A model generated the notes under the pieces. The model made no database searches, had not been told where the DNA came from, and saw only the letters and a program-made list of their open reading frames with translations. From an uncultured bacterium (GTDB taxonomy: Bacteria; Patescibacteriota; Minisyncoccia; Phycocordibacterales; DATDWN01): a DNA stretch of 64,000 nt. This document shows positions 13,601 through 22,733 of this stretch, piece by piece (the stretch's first letter is position 1; each line of letters starts with the position of its first letter). Position numbers and translations under genes: made by a program. The DNA lies in contig CAVSGX010000004.1 of the NCBI GenBank assembly GCA_963727715.1, positions 82,582 to 146,581 on the forward strand, written 5' to 3'.

Positions 13601-14285
13601 CCTGTGCTAAACCACTTCTCTGAACTGTGATGGAGTTAACCGTCACATCAGATGCCCCAGCTGTCAAAGTGACAGTTGTGAATGGAACACGATTAGCGCT
13701 TTGAGGGGCCAATGAATTCATTGGTTGAACACCGGCCATAACTGTCAAATTGCCACCTGTTGGCATATTTGCTGTGGTGGTAGCGTACCTGTAGTCTGTG
13801 GTTGTAGTTGTAGTTGTGTTTGTTGTGCCACACATCGCGTTGAGCTTAGCTCGTGTGATAGCACCGACATAACCTGCTACCGGTGAAATACCATTGGCTG
13901 TCTGGAATTTCATCACCGCAGCTTTTGTCATCGGACCGAAGGTTGATGTTTCCATCCCCGGTGATCCCGCGCCTGTTGCGGCAACTTGTGTGGCAGCACT
14001 CTGGTTCAGAACTTTTTGCAAATTCATCACATCAGTGCCTTTGCTACCGACAGTCAAGTTTGTGTTGAATGTGTAGCATGTGCCTGTGGTAGCTGTGCTA
14101 CCAGTTGCGGCTGAAAGTTGAGCCTGAAGCGACTGAATTGTCGCCATCAAACTGTTGATCTGGGCTTGTATGTCAGCTGCTGTAGCGGCGCCCGCAATCA
14201 TAGGTGCGAAAGCGACTGCCATCATGGCAACTCCTACAAAACCAGTAACCAACTTTACAGCTGTTGATTTTGTTAAATTCTTCAT
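10659..14285 (-). CDS. Giant (1208 aa) cell-surface protein. Signal peptide, coiled-coil, PG-binding domain, then a long Thr/Ser-rich region with probable Ig-like repeats.
   Basis: N-terminal MKNLTKSTAVKLVTGFVGVAMMAVAFAPMIAGA. The segment ADIQAQINSLMATIQSLQAQLSAA plus the PG-binding motif (GTDVMNLQKVLNQ...GAGSPGMETSTFGPMTKAAVMKFQ). The rest is extremely T/S/G/N-rich. Confidence 0.7.
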   Translation of the reverse strand: MKNLTKSTAVKLVTGFVGVAMMAVAFAPMIAGAATAADIQAQINSLMATIQSLQAQLSAATGSTATTGTCYTFNTNLTVGSKGTDVMNLQKVLNQSAATQVAATGAGSPGMETSTFGPMTKAAVMKFQTANGISPVAGYVGAITRAKLNAMCGTTNTTTTTTTDYRYATTTANMPTGGNLTVMAGVQPMNSLAPQSANRVPFTTVTLTAGASDVTVNSITVQRSGLAQDAVFAGIVLVDPTGMQVGIAKTLNSNHQAVIGNPFVIKAGTSETFTVAGNMASSLTNYAGQVASLNVVAVNTSATVAGSLPITGAQQTINASLTLGSATINTSSFDPNNGASEPIGTTGYRFSGFKVTAGSAEDLTLKSISWNQTGSVGSGDLANVVTVVNGTSYPTVVDATGKYYSTVFPGGIVITKGNSVDMYIQGDIVGSNSSGRTAEFDVYKNTDLYLVGNTYGYGITAPVGTGVVLTLANHATVINTSSNPWFEGSQASITAGSVTLIGKANEVASQNLAVNVPNQVLGGFATNFAGEPVSIQSMYFVVATSSTIGNVASALSPASQITSVSLVDQNGAVVAGPVDVAVGDGSTTHAGVVPSTTSYAVIHFTDTVTFPVGRYVYTLKGKLPSGWANGTTVNVFTEPYTDWTNVTGQSTGNTVSLSGQTTVISMNQMTVRAATLAVNISAQPAAQSVVGGAQNFVLANYQLDASQSGEDLRLSSFPVTVTAGNSSIGDLTGCTLNNGQTQLNTGSNVVNSLTSGTYHTFSFDNSLTVPKGTIVTLALECNIASSPTTNATYYATNDTNTAHYTVTGITSGNSVTPTFGTANGGLMTASTGSLSASIDSSSPGYALAAGGTTGQIMSVIKLRATNESVNLNKIGLVLTSTAAGNSSNVAGDLSQVYLYQGSTLLGTATFASGGTIATSTLSSPLVLQNNIDTLITVKADLADIGTNQSGTEGDLIKIDLSSTEGSGASSGSTIRTGAATGSAGVRVFNTIPTFTLGTLSSTGIADGHLMRFAITADSHGDAGLYKFTFTLATTTITVRDVGLFGYTDSGYSTAMSGNFAKGGTSNGGQIDENLATSSASNICTGSGSDTVNTTNAGSTCASDSSKTTLTFRTASNPVEVPAGQTRYFELRGSVTGISGTYGGSVVTKMLADTAAATSTATGVGAGTTYNFVWSPNATSTSVFSSNDWTTGYGIVGLPSSGLLWTRSN

Positions 14286-14894
14286 ATATATGTTTTTAAT
14301 AATGAAATAATTCCTCCGGCAATTACTAATAATTTTTTAATGGCGCCGAAAAAATTACTTTTTGCAAAACAATTAACTGCTAATGTTTATCGCGGTTCAT
14401 ACACATACAAATTTTTGTACGTGTAACTCGCGCGTCATACTAATTTTTCTCGCTTTATATTTAATCCAGCTCCACTTTTGAAACAATGTTTTACAAACCA
14501 CTTTGACATTCCGTCAAAAGTGGGGCTGGACAAATCGACACAAAACGGAAAAATAGTTGGAAAGGTTTGGACCGAAAAACAACCTTTAAATCTTGGTTGG
14601 ATAAAGTCACGCGGAAAAACAAACAAATTTACACCAAAAGACTCTATGCAGTTGTCAAAGTACTGCTCCCAGACATTATATATTCTTCCCGCGATACTAA
14701 CAAACGCGGTCGTGTGGATAACTTAGAATATACGCCCATAATATACGATAAAAGTCGCATAAATGGCTCAAGACTAAACCTGATCCACATAGGAGAAGTA
14801 TCGCAAAAATGGGTTCAAAAGTCAATATATTGACATTTATTGACATTAAGGGGCCAAATTGATGTCAATTCTACAATGGAAATTCGTTGGCAAA

Positions 14895-15662
14895 TCAAAC
14901 AGCCAAAGAATATCTGCTCCATCTCCTTTCCCCCTTTTTTGTTATAACCCCGCTTTCAATTAGGGAAATAAGCTCACGTTGTATTGTCTTTTCACTGCAA
15001 TCTCTTATGGTTTGGGCTATGTCCTTAATATTCATTTCTTTCCCTTTTTTCAGAAGACCAATTATAATATTTTGCCTATTTGTCTTTTTAAACATAAATT
15101 GGTTGTTTTCTCCCAATTTTTTGTCTTTTATGAGAGTTGGTGAATTCGCCACTCTTATGTTCTCTTTACCGTACTCGAAATTGAAAGAGCCACGCGAAAT
15201 TTCGAAAAAAGATTTTGGAAAAATTTTACTGGGAGAATTTTCGCTGGTTGATTTAACTTCGTCCAAAACCCTAGCTAAATTAAGAAATTCCTCTTGGAGA
15301 ATAGTAAAATTCATAACAGATACCAAACTGGATTTAGAAGCCACTTCAAACAAAGAAATAATATTCAAAATTTGGTTTTTGGTATCGTCAACAAATGTTT
15401 GTTGGGGAACTGAATTTTTACATCCTAAAATAAAAGACAGTAATTCAGAGACTTTTTTACGAAGAACCCACTTTAAAGACTCGTTGTCAGAAAACAAATT
15501 GGTCACCATATATGTCGCAGTAGCCAATTTTTCTGTCTTTTTGTAGACAAAGATAAAATATTCATCTTTCTCAAAAAATGAGATGTGGTCAATGTTTTTA
15601 TTGAAACCGGTAGAAAGATTGTTTTGGGTTGGTTCTATTTTATTGTCTTTTTGTGGTTCCAT
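14895..15662 (-). CDS. Hypothetical protein with a C-terminal winged-HTH DNA-binding domain.
   Basis: The C-terminal segment NIKDIAQTIRDCSEKTIQRELISLIESGVITKKGERRWSRYSL resembles DeoR/HTH_11-type wHTH. Confidence 0.5.
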   Translation of the reverse strand: MEPQKDNKIEPTQNNLSTGFNKNIDHISFFEKDEYFIFVYKKTEKLATATYMVTNLFSDNESLKWVLRKKVSELLSFILGCKNSVPQQTFVDDTKNQILNIISLFEVASKSSLVSVMNFTILQEEFLNLARVLDEVKSTSENSPSKIFPKSFFEISRGSFNFEYGKENIRVANSPTLIKDKKLGENNQFMFKKTNRQNIIIGLLKKGKEMNIKDIAQTIRDCSEKTIQRELISLIESGVITKKGERRWSRYSLAV

Positions 15663-15815
15663 AATGTCTTATATTATGACTTTTAGTTTGTAGATTCTGT
15701 CTTTAATTGTCTTTTATTGTATCATGTGTCTTTTTGATTTACAAGTGCCTGTCCATTATACTACTTAAGGACAGATGGGCAAGAGGTTTCGTAATTCAGA
15801 AAATTTTGTTAAAAT

Positions 15816-18038
15816 GTGCATATGACTAAAACTGATAAGAAAAAGAAAGAGAAAAAAAATAATGATGGGGAAACAACTGTTCCAAACCATATTCAAAAAG
15901 AAACGGCTCAAGCCATTTTAGCTATTCTATTTTTTGTTTTGGCCATCTTTTTTATTCTCTCATCACCGGAAATCTTTGGAGGAATTGGTGTGGCCGGACC
16001 GGCCGGAGAAATAATTTTTAAGATCTTTTCTTTTCTTTTCGGCAAAGGTTATTATCTCTTGCCTATTCTTTTTTTTATCCTTTCTATTTCTTTCTTCAGA
16101 ACACTACGGAAAAAATTGGCTCTGACCCACACTGTCGGCGGGTTGCTTTTCTTTTTATCTTCCCTGTCTATTGTCGATATATTATTCCCCGGTTCCGGTG
16201 GGCTTATAGGAGGATTTGTTTCCAAACCGCTTTTATCTCTTTTTGCTCTCTATATTAGTTTGATTATCTTGTTGGCCTGCATTGTTATTTCTTTTCTGAT
16301 TATGTTTGACACACCGCTTCGACTTTCTTTTCTTACCAACTTATTCAGGAAAAAAATCTCTGATGAGCTTGATGACAGTGATTTGATTATTGCTCAAACA
16401 GGCCAAATGGAAACTCCGGCAGAAGATAATTCCCAAGATAAAAATCAAACCGAGGATGAAAAGGGTGGAACAAAAAAAATGTTTGGTGGAGAGAAAAAAG
16501 AGGAGTTTGTGATGAATAATATATCTTGGGGTAGCAAAGAATTCACTCCCCCACCACTATCACTTCTTGAAAGAGACCGGGGCAGACCGGGAGTTGGCGA
16601 CATTAAAGCCAATTCCAACATCATCAAACGCACTCTTTCCAATTTCGGCATCAATGTGGAAATGGATGAGATTTCTATTGGACCATCCATCACTCGTTAT
16701 GCTTTAAAACCGGCTGAAGGAGTTAAACTCTCTCGCATTGTTGGTCTGCAAAATGACCTGTCATTGGCTTTGGCCGCCCACCCTATCCGCATAGAGGCAC
16801 CGATCCCCGGTAAATCGCTTGTCGGTATTGAAATCCCGAATAGTATTAAAACCACTGTCGGTTTAGGGTCTCTCTTGTCCGCCACCGAATTTCAAAATTC
16901 GGATAAACCTCTTCTCATTTGTTTGGGTAAAGGTATTTCCGGGGTGTCTTATTTTGCCAATCTAGCCAAATCCCCTCACCTCCTCATCGCCGGAGCAACC
17001 GGCTCGGGCAAATCTGTGACTATTCATACCATCATCACCTCTCTTCTTTACCGCAATTCACCGGCCAATTTGAAATTTATCATGGTTGACCCGAAACGAG
17101 TCGAATTGACCATGTACAATAATATCCCTCACTTACTAACACCCGTTGTGACTGACGCCAAGAAAACCATCTTGGCTTTGAAATGGGCAGCTAAAGAAAT
17201 GGATCGACGCTATGATATTCTACAGGCGGAAAGCTTGCAGAACGTAGAGTCATACCACAAAAATGTGGTTGAACCGGAAATGAAAAAGATGAGAAACAGA
17301 AAATCTGGTGAGCAGCCGGAAAAACAAATTGAGACGATGCCGTACATTATTATTGTCATTGATGAGTTGGCTGATATTATGACCGCTTATCCGCGCGAGC
17401 TTGAGGCGGCCATCGTTCGCTTGGCCCAAATGTCTCGCGCCGTTGGCATTCATCTTATACTTTCCACCCAGCGCCCTTCGGTTAATGTCATCACAGGCCT
17501 GATCAAAGCCAACATTCCTTCGCGCATCGCTTTGCAAGTTTCTTCGCAAATTGACTCGCGAACCATTTTGGATATGTCTGGCGCCGAGAAACTTTTGGGC
17601 GCAGGGGATATGCTTTACCTTTCTGGCGAGATGTCCCAACCGCAACGCATTCAGTCAGCTTACATTTCCGAATCTGAAGTCAAAGCGGTAGTTAAATATT
17701 TAGTGGACAGTTATGAAAACGAGGTGCCGAACGAAATAAACCTGACTGGCAATGTTGAGAAAAATCCGATTTTTGACGCAAACATAAATATGGATGAGGA
17801 AAAACTGGAAGAAGATGATGAACTTTATGAGGAAGCCAGGCAAACAGTTATTTCGGCTGGCAAGGCTTCTACATCGTACCTGCAACGAAAACTCGGTGTC
17901 GGCTATGCTCGCGCCGCTCGTTTGATTGATATTTTGGAAGAACGCGGTGTTGTCGGTCCTGGCAGTGGCGCCAAACCAAGAGAAGTGTTGGGAAAAGCCG
18001 AGGATACTAATACCGATACTGCTGAAAATCAAATATAG
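15816..18038 (+). CDS. ftsK: DNA translocase FtsK/SpoIIIE.
   Basis: N-terminal TM helices. Walker A LIAGATGSGKSV. C-terminal gamma (wHTH) domain YEEARQTVISAGKASTSYLQRKLGVGYARAARLIDILEERGVVG. Confidence 0.95.
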   Translation: MHMTKTDKKKKEKKNNDGETTVPNHIQKETAQAILAILFFVLAIFFILSSPEIFGGIGVAGPAGEIIFKIFSFLFGKGYYLLPILFFILSISFFRTLRKKLALTHTVGGLLFFLSSLSIVDILFPGSGGLIGGFVSKPLLSLFALYISLIILLACIVISFLIMFDTPLRLSFLTNLFRKKISDELDDSDLIIAQTGQMETPAEDNSQDKNQTEDEKGGTKKMFGGEKKEEFVMNNISWGSKEFTPPPLSLLERDRGRPGVGDIKANSNIIKRTLSNFGINVEMDEISIGPSITRYALKPAEGVKLSRIVGLQNDLSLALAAHPIRIEAPIPGKSLVGIEIPNSIKTTVGLGSLLSATEFQNSDKPLLICLGKGISGVSYFANLAKSPHLLIAGATGSGKSVTIHTIITSLLYRNSPANLKFIMVDPKRVELTMYNNIPHLLTPVVTDAKKTILALKWAAKEMDRRYDILQAESLQNVESYHKNVVEPEMKKMRNRKSGEQPEKQIETMPYIIIVIDELADIMTAYPRELEAAIVRLAQMSRAVGIHLILSTQRPSVNVITGLIKANIPSRIALQVSSQIDSRTILDMSGAEKLLGAGDMLYLSGEMSQPQRIQSAYISESEVKAVVKYLVDSYENEVPNEINLTGNVEKNPIFDANINMDEEKLEEDDELYEEARQTVISAGKASTSYLQRKLGVGYARAARLIDILEERGVVGPGSGAKPREVLGKAEDTNTDTAENQI

Positions 18039-18040
18039 TT

Positions 18041-18394
18041 ATGAACCGCAATGCTATATCAATCTTAAAAATCTGCGCCCTATCACTTTTAGTTGTGGTT
18101 ATCGCCGGCTATTCCCTTTTTCAAGCCCAGAAACTTTTAGCTGGACCGGTCATTCAAATTTTCACTCCTCAAAACGGAGCTACATATAGTCAAACTCTAA
18201 TCGAAATAGATGGCCAAGCCAAAAATATCGCTTACATAAATTTGAATGACAAACAAATGTTCACCGATAAGAACGGAAACTTTAGCGAGAAACTTTTGCT
18301 CTCACCTGGCTATAATGTAGTCAAGCTCGACGCTTGGGATAAATTCGGCAAGCAAACTGAAAAAAAATTGCAGTTGGTGTTGAAAGAATATTAG
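18041..18394 (+). CDS. Hypothetical membrane-anchored / secreted small protein, translationally coupled to ftsK.
   Basis: The start is 3 nt after the ftsK stop. N-terminal hydrophobic helix ICALSLLVVVIAGYSLF. Confidence 0.45.
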   Translation: MNRNAISILKICALSLLVVVIAGYSLFQAQKLLAGPVIQIFTPQNGATYSQTLIEIDGQAKNIAYINLNDKQMFTDKNGNFSEKLLLSPGYNVVKLDAWDKFGKQTEKKLQLVLKEY

Positions 18395-18398
18395 TAAA

Positions 18399-18568
18399 GC
18401 AAACCTCACAAAAACTTTTCCTTTTCGGATACATTTGTCCCGCCAGCGCGGAACTCATTCCTGTCCTCGGCTCGGATTTGTCAATGAGCTTCGCTTCGCT
18501 CAGTCGTTGACAAAACCATGCTCCTCGCCTGCGGAGTCTCCGAAAAGGAAAGTTTTTGTGAGGTTTGC
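18399..18568. repeat. Long-hairpin intergenic repeat, family 1, copy 3.
   Basis: The arm gcaaacctcacaaaaacttttccttttcgga is complementary to tccgaaaaggaaagtttttgtgaggtttgc. The core is conserved with copies 1 and 2. The inner hairpin shows compensatory change (tgtcaatgagc..gctcagtcgttgaca). Confidence 0.8.
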
Positions 18569-18634
18569 TAGTGGTATTTTTAAAATTCAGTATGTTATAA
18601 TATCCACAACTTTTATTAGATTATTTTTATAAAA

Positions 18635-19711
18635 ATGAAAAAAGGAAAAACTCCAAAACCGGATAAAGGGCCAGTCGGCAAGTCCGGCATAGAAGACACT
18701 TTGCGCGATATTAAAACTAAATTCGGCGACGATTCCATCATGATGCTCGGCGAAAAACCTCACGTGGATGTCAACGCCATCCCAACGGGCTCGATCGGCC
18801 TCGATGCCGCTCTCGGTATCGGTGGTGTCCCGCGCGGACGCATTATTGAAATTTTCGGACCGGAATCTTCCGGCAAGACCACCCTATCTCTTCACATCGT
18901 AGCCGAGGCTCAAAAACTCGGTGGCATTTGCGCTTTCATTGATGCCGAGCACGCTATGGACCCGGAATATTCGCAAAGACTTGGAGTTAAAATTGATCAG
19001 CTTTTGATTTCTCAACCTGACAACGGCGAGCAAGCACTGGAAATCGTTGACTCTTTGGTGCGTTCCGGCAAAATTGACGTCATCGTTGTTGACTCCGTGG
19101 CAGCACTGACACCAAAAGACGAAATCGAGGGTGATGTCGGCGCCTACCACGTCGGCAAGCAAGCTCGCCTTATGTCGCAAGCTCTGCGCAAACTGACCGC
19201 CATTGTGGCCAAATCCAAAACCGTTGTCATTTTCATAAACCAGATTCGCATGCAAATCGGTGTGATGTTCGGCAATCCAGAAACCACCCCGGGTGGCAAA
19301 GCGTTGAAATTTTACACTAGCGTGAGATTAGACATCCGCAGAATCGCTCAAATCAAAAAAGGCGACGAGGTTATGGGTGGGCGCGTGCGTGTTAAAGTGG
19401 TCAAAAATAAAGTGGCTGCGCCATTCAAGCAAACCGAGTTTGATCTAATGTATAACGAGGGTATTTCTCGCGAAGGTGAAATCATTGCACTTGGCGAGAA
19501 GATGGGTATCATTGGCAAATCCGGCTCGTCATACAAATACGGCGAGACGGCACTCGGCCGTGGCTACGACGCCACACGACAATTTTTGAAAGACAAAGCC
19601 AATAAAAAACTGACTGATGAAATCCTCGGCAAGATCAAAAAACAACTCCACGACAACGGCGGGTCAGTGGTGGCGTCAAAAGGTGGTGAAGAAAGCAGAA
19701 GTGAAGAATGA
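18635..19711 (+). CDS. recA: Recombinase RecA.
   Basis: Walker [11 protein letters not shown]. Full-length RecA core (…IDAEHALDP…, …[31 protein letters not shown]…). Confidence 0.97.
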   Translation: MKKGKTPKPDKGPVGKSGIEDTLRDIKTKFGDDSIMMLGEKPHVDVNAIPTGSIGLDAALGIGGVPRGRIIEIFGPESSGKTTLSLHIVAEAQKLGGICAFIDAEHAMDPEYSQRLGVKIDQLLISQPDNGEQALEIVDSLVRSGKIDVIVVDSVAALTPKDEIEGDVGAYHVGKQARLMSQALRKLTAIVAKSKTVVIFINQIRMQIGVMFGNPETTPGGKALKFYTSVRLDIRRIAQIKKGDEVMGGRVRVKVVKNKVAAPFKQTEFDLMYNEGISREGEIIALGEKMGIIGKSGSSYKYGETALGRGYDATRQFLKDKANKKLTDEILGKIKKQLHDNGGSVVASKGGEESRSEE

Positions 19712-19868
19712 TTTTTGAAAAGAAAAAGAGGTTCGAAAACCCCCGTTGTTTAACTCCTAATTTTTGTAACCAATTTTATGGTCAGTGTTTTAACTTTTGG
19801 CCAGAGATAAATTAAAAGAGCAACCACTACCAAAAAAAGTAATGACATAACTGTCGGGAAACCTTTTC

Positions 19869-20284
19869 TTATAGCCTCATATAAAATAAAATCCATTGTT
19901 GGCTCCTCTTTACTTTTAACACATTTCGTCTATAAAAATCAAATTTTTTATAAAAAGAAATCTCTCGCTCAGCCGAAGCTAAACGAGAGGTAAGAATGTT
20001 TCGAGACCGCAATCTAATTAATGCAATACCCGATGACACAAAACTAGAAAGCCAAAATATAGGCCACAAATTAGTCCAATGATCAATTTAACCCAACTGC
20101 CCACTGTCCAGTGGCCAATTAGTTTGTCAATGACCGCATAAACTATCAACAACAAAGACAACGCAAAGAAAAACTTGTTGTTGTTGTAAAGACGCGCCAA
20201 AAAGTTCATGGCCCTAGATTCCCATTTGAATCCGAACACTTGGTATGATTTGTATATGAAAAAAATTCTCAAAAGTTTTCGCAT
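19869..20284 (-). pseudogene. Possible small membrane-protein gene disrupted or extended by the adjacent IS30 insertion (two overlapping minus-strand ORFs in different frames). Weak call.
   Basis: ORFs 20018-20284 and 19869-20069 overlap. The 5' ~75 nt of the upper ORF lies inside the putative IS30 left end. Confidence 0.2.
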
Positions 20285-21339
20285 CTTTCCAAAAGCGACA
20301 GGAATGAAATCAAGATTTTGTTGGACAAAAAATATTCACAGAGAGACATTGCTCTGTCCTTAGGCAGAAGCAACTCAACCATTTCGGAAGAAATCAAGCT
20401 TGGCTCGGTTAGAAGCAAATATGATCCGCTCAAAGCTCACCACAAAGCATATGTCAGACGGTGGCAGTCCAAATACCAAGCGATGAAAATAGTGGAAGAT
20501 ACAGAACTGAGAAATTTTGTGGAGAAAAAACTTTTGAAAGACGATTCACCGGTCAATATTTCAGGCAGAATCAAGAAGCATGAAAAATATCTGACAAACA
20601 TTTCCAAAAACAGCATATACAGATACATCGAAAGCCTGTATGGCAGAAGAATTGAAAATCACAGGAACAAAAGAAAACAGAGGAGAAAAAATTGCAGACC
20701 AAAGTCGGAAAAGCTCAAAGACAGAGTTTTCATCGCCAAAAGACCTAAATATATAGCCACTAGAAAAAGAATTGGTGATGCTGAAGCTGATTTCATTGTT
20801 TCCGGCAAAAGTGGCAAAGGAATATTGCTTGTTGTTGCAGACCGAAAGTCTAGGACTCCATTTTTGGAGAAAATACTTCCAACCACCATTACTGAAGTTG
20901 AAAAGGGGTTTTTGAAAATCAAAGAGAGATTTCCTGAACTGAAAACTTTGACTTTGGACAACGACATTCTTTTCAGGCATCATGTGAGACTTGAAAAACT
21001 TTTGAATATCAAAATATATTTTTGCAACCCGTACCACTCTTGGGAAAAAGGCACTGTTGAAAAAGTGAACCGAGAGATACGAAAAGACATTCCGAAAGGC
21101 AGCAACATTTCCAAATATTCCAGGCAATTCATCTGTTCGATTGAAGAGAAACTTCAAAACAAAATATACAAATGTTTGAACTACCACACCCCTTTTGAAG
21201 TCTTGAACAAGCACAGAAAAAGAAAAAACACCTCTGACTCCAATTAGTCAGGGTGTTCGGTTTGAGGGGGGTTCGCAGGTGCTACCTCCACTTGTCATTA
21301 TACACCTTTTAAATTTAAAGTCAAGTGGATTTTGAGGCC
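20210..21339 (+). mobile_element. IS30-family insertion sequence, copy A. Ends are approximate; putative imperfect terminal inverted repeats ggccctagattcc..cacttg / caagtggattttgaggcc.
   Basis: Encodes the IS30-type DDE transposase (see CDS 20256-21247). Size ~1.1 kb, typical for IS30. Confidence 0.5.
20256..21247 (+). CDS. IS30-family transposase, apparently frameshifted at the N-terminus. ATG 20256 is followed by an A7 run; the HTH continues in the -1 frame, and the ORF track starts at TTG 20318.
   Basis: The C-terminus LTLDNDILFRHHVRLEKLLNIKIYFCNPYHSWEKGTVEKVNREIRKDIPKG is colinear with the second IS30 transposase (36871-37815). The in-frame upstream sequence FSHLSKSDRNEIKILL aligns with FKHLSYEERVLISAL of copy B but has no in-frame ATG. 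Confidence 0.7.
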
Positions 21340-21364
21340 AAAATAGGCTATATTTTAGGCAATT

Positions 21365-21946
21365 ATGTCACAACTTGAATACGATGAAATAAAGGAGAGA
21401 AAATACGTTGTCTTAGATGGCGAGCCGTGGGAGGTGCTGACTTCACATGTTTTTCGCAAGCAACAAAGAAAGCCGGTCAACGCGGTCAAATTGAAAAACC
21501 TCAAAAGCGGTAAAGTGACCGAGCGATCTTTTCATGTCTCCGAAAAAGCTGAGGAAGCCGAGATTGAAAATCGCGATGTGAAATATTTGTATGAAAACCG
21601 TGGCGAGTATTGGTTCTGTGAGCCAGATGATCCGTCAAAAAGATTTGAAATTGATTCTGATCTTATCGGACAGGAAATAAAATTCATCAAAACAAATTCC
21701 ATTTTGGCCGGACTTTACTTTGACGATGAAATCATCGGCGTGAAGTTTCCTATAAAAGTTGATCTCAAAGTTACCGAAGCCCACGACGCGGTCAAAGGCA
21801 ACACGGCCCAAGGTGGGACAAAACAGGTGGTAGTTGAAACTGGAGCAATCGTGAACGTCCCAATGTTTATAAAACAAGGTGAGATAATCCGCATCAACAC
21901 CGAAACCGGCGACTACGCCGAACGTGTCGGCGGAGCAAATTTCTAA
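21365..21946 (+). CDS. efp: Translation elongation factor P.
   Basis: KLKNLKSGKVTERSF...GNTAQGGTKQVVVETGAIVNVPMFIKQGEIIRINTETGDYAERV matches the EF-P KOW/OB domains. Confidence 0.85.
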   Translation: MSQLEYDEIKERKYVVLDGEPWEVLTSHVFRKQQRKPVNAVKLKNLKSGKVTERSFHVSEKAEEAEIENRDVKYLYENRGEYWFCEPDDPSKRFEIDSDLIGQEIKFIKTNSILAGLYFDDEIIGVKFPIKVDLKVTEAHDAVKGNTAQGGTKQVVVETGAIVNVPMFIKQGEIIRINTETGDYAERVGGANF

Positions 21947-21976
21947 AAATTGACTGGGTACGAAAAAAATGCATAA

Positions 21977-22321
21977 TTGATGGCAGAGGAAATAATGTCA
22001 ACCCAATGTGGGCCATTACAAAATGATTTGATGAGCAACGCTTGTAGAGTTGCTGTTTTATTAGAAGATTTTGGAGATTGGCAGGTTGGAACAATGTCGC
22101 GAAGAGTGTGTCCTTTAAAAAAAGGAGAGGTTGTACTTTATTTAATAGAATCGGATGAAGTAGACAGGAAAGGAAATCCTAAAAGGGTTTTGGCACTAAA
22201 GGCGTCAAAAGTACCATTTGTTGATGTCAATACCACTCCTGAAAAATTGCACTCCGAGTTGCTCACAATGATTAAAGAAATAGGAATTCCTATCTCATTC
22301 AACAGTTTGAACAACGACTAA
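21977..22321 (+). CDS. Hypothetical protein (114 aa).
   Basis: ORF followed directly by an intrinsic terminator. No recognisable motifs. Confidence 0.35.
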   Translation: MMAEEIMSTQCGPLQNDLMSNACRVAVLLEDFGDWQVGTMSRRVCPLKKGEVVLYLIESDEVDRKGNPKRVLALKASKVPFVDVNTTPEKLHSELLTMIKEIGIPISFNSLNND

Positions 22322-22347
22322 AAACCCCAAAAGGGTTTTGTTTTTTA
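22321..22347. terminator. Bidirectional rho-independent terminator between the 114-aa ORF (+) and rpsR (-).
   Basis: aaaaccc-caaaa-gggtttt hairpin with A-run before and T-run after. Confidence 0.7.
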
Positions 22348-22366
22348 TTAAAAAACAAGTTTACGA

Positions 22367-22573
22367 CTATCTAGAAACATAAGGAAGTAATCCCATGAAG
22401 CGAGCTCTTTTGACTGCTGTTGCGAGCAAGCGCTGATACTTTGAAGTCACACCTGTGCGCTTGTGGGAGATGATGCGAGCATGTGGGTTAAGAAACTTTT
22501 TCAAAAGTTCCACATCCTTGTAGTCGATGTATTTTATGTTGTTTTGGGTGAAGTAACACTGTTTGTTTGTCAT
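22367..22573 (-). CDS. rpsR: Ribosomal protein S18.
   Basis: CYFTQNNIKYIDYKDVELLKKFLNPHARIISHKRTGVTSKYQRLLATAVKRARFMGLLPY. Confidence 0.92.
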   Translation of the reverse strand: MTNKQCYFTQNNIKYIDYKDVELLKKFLNPHARIISHKRTGVTSKYQRLLATAVKRARFMGLLPYVSR

Positions 22574-22733
22574 GTCTTTTTTAAGATTAAAGTTTATTTT
22601 GTAACTGTTTTTTCTGAGGATTTTTGTTGAATTTCAAGGCGGATGAGAAAAATAATTTGAGCAATATAGTAATATTGTGAAAATTATTTTACCGAAATCC
22701 AACGCAGAAATTCGGCAAAAATACCAGAAAAAA

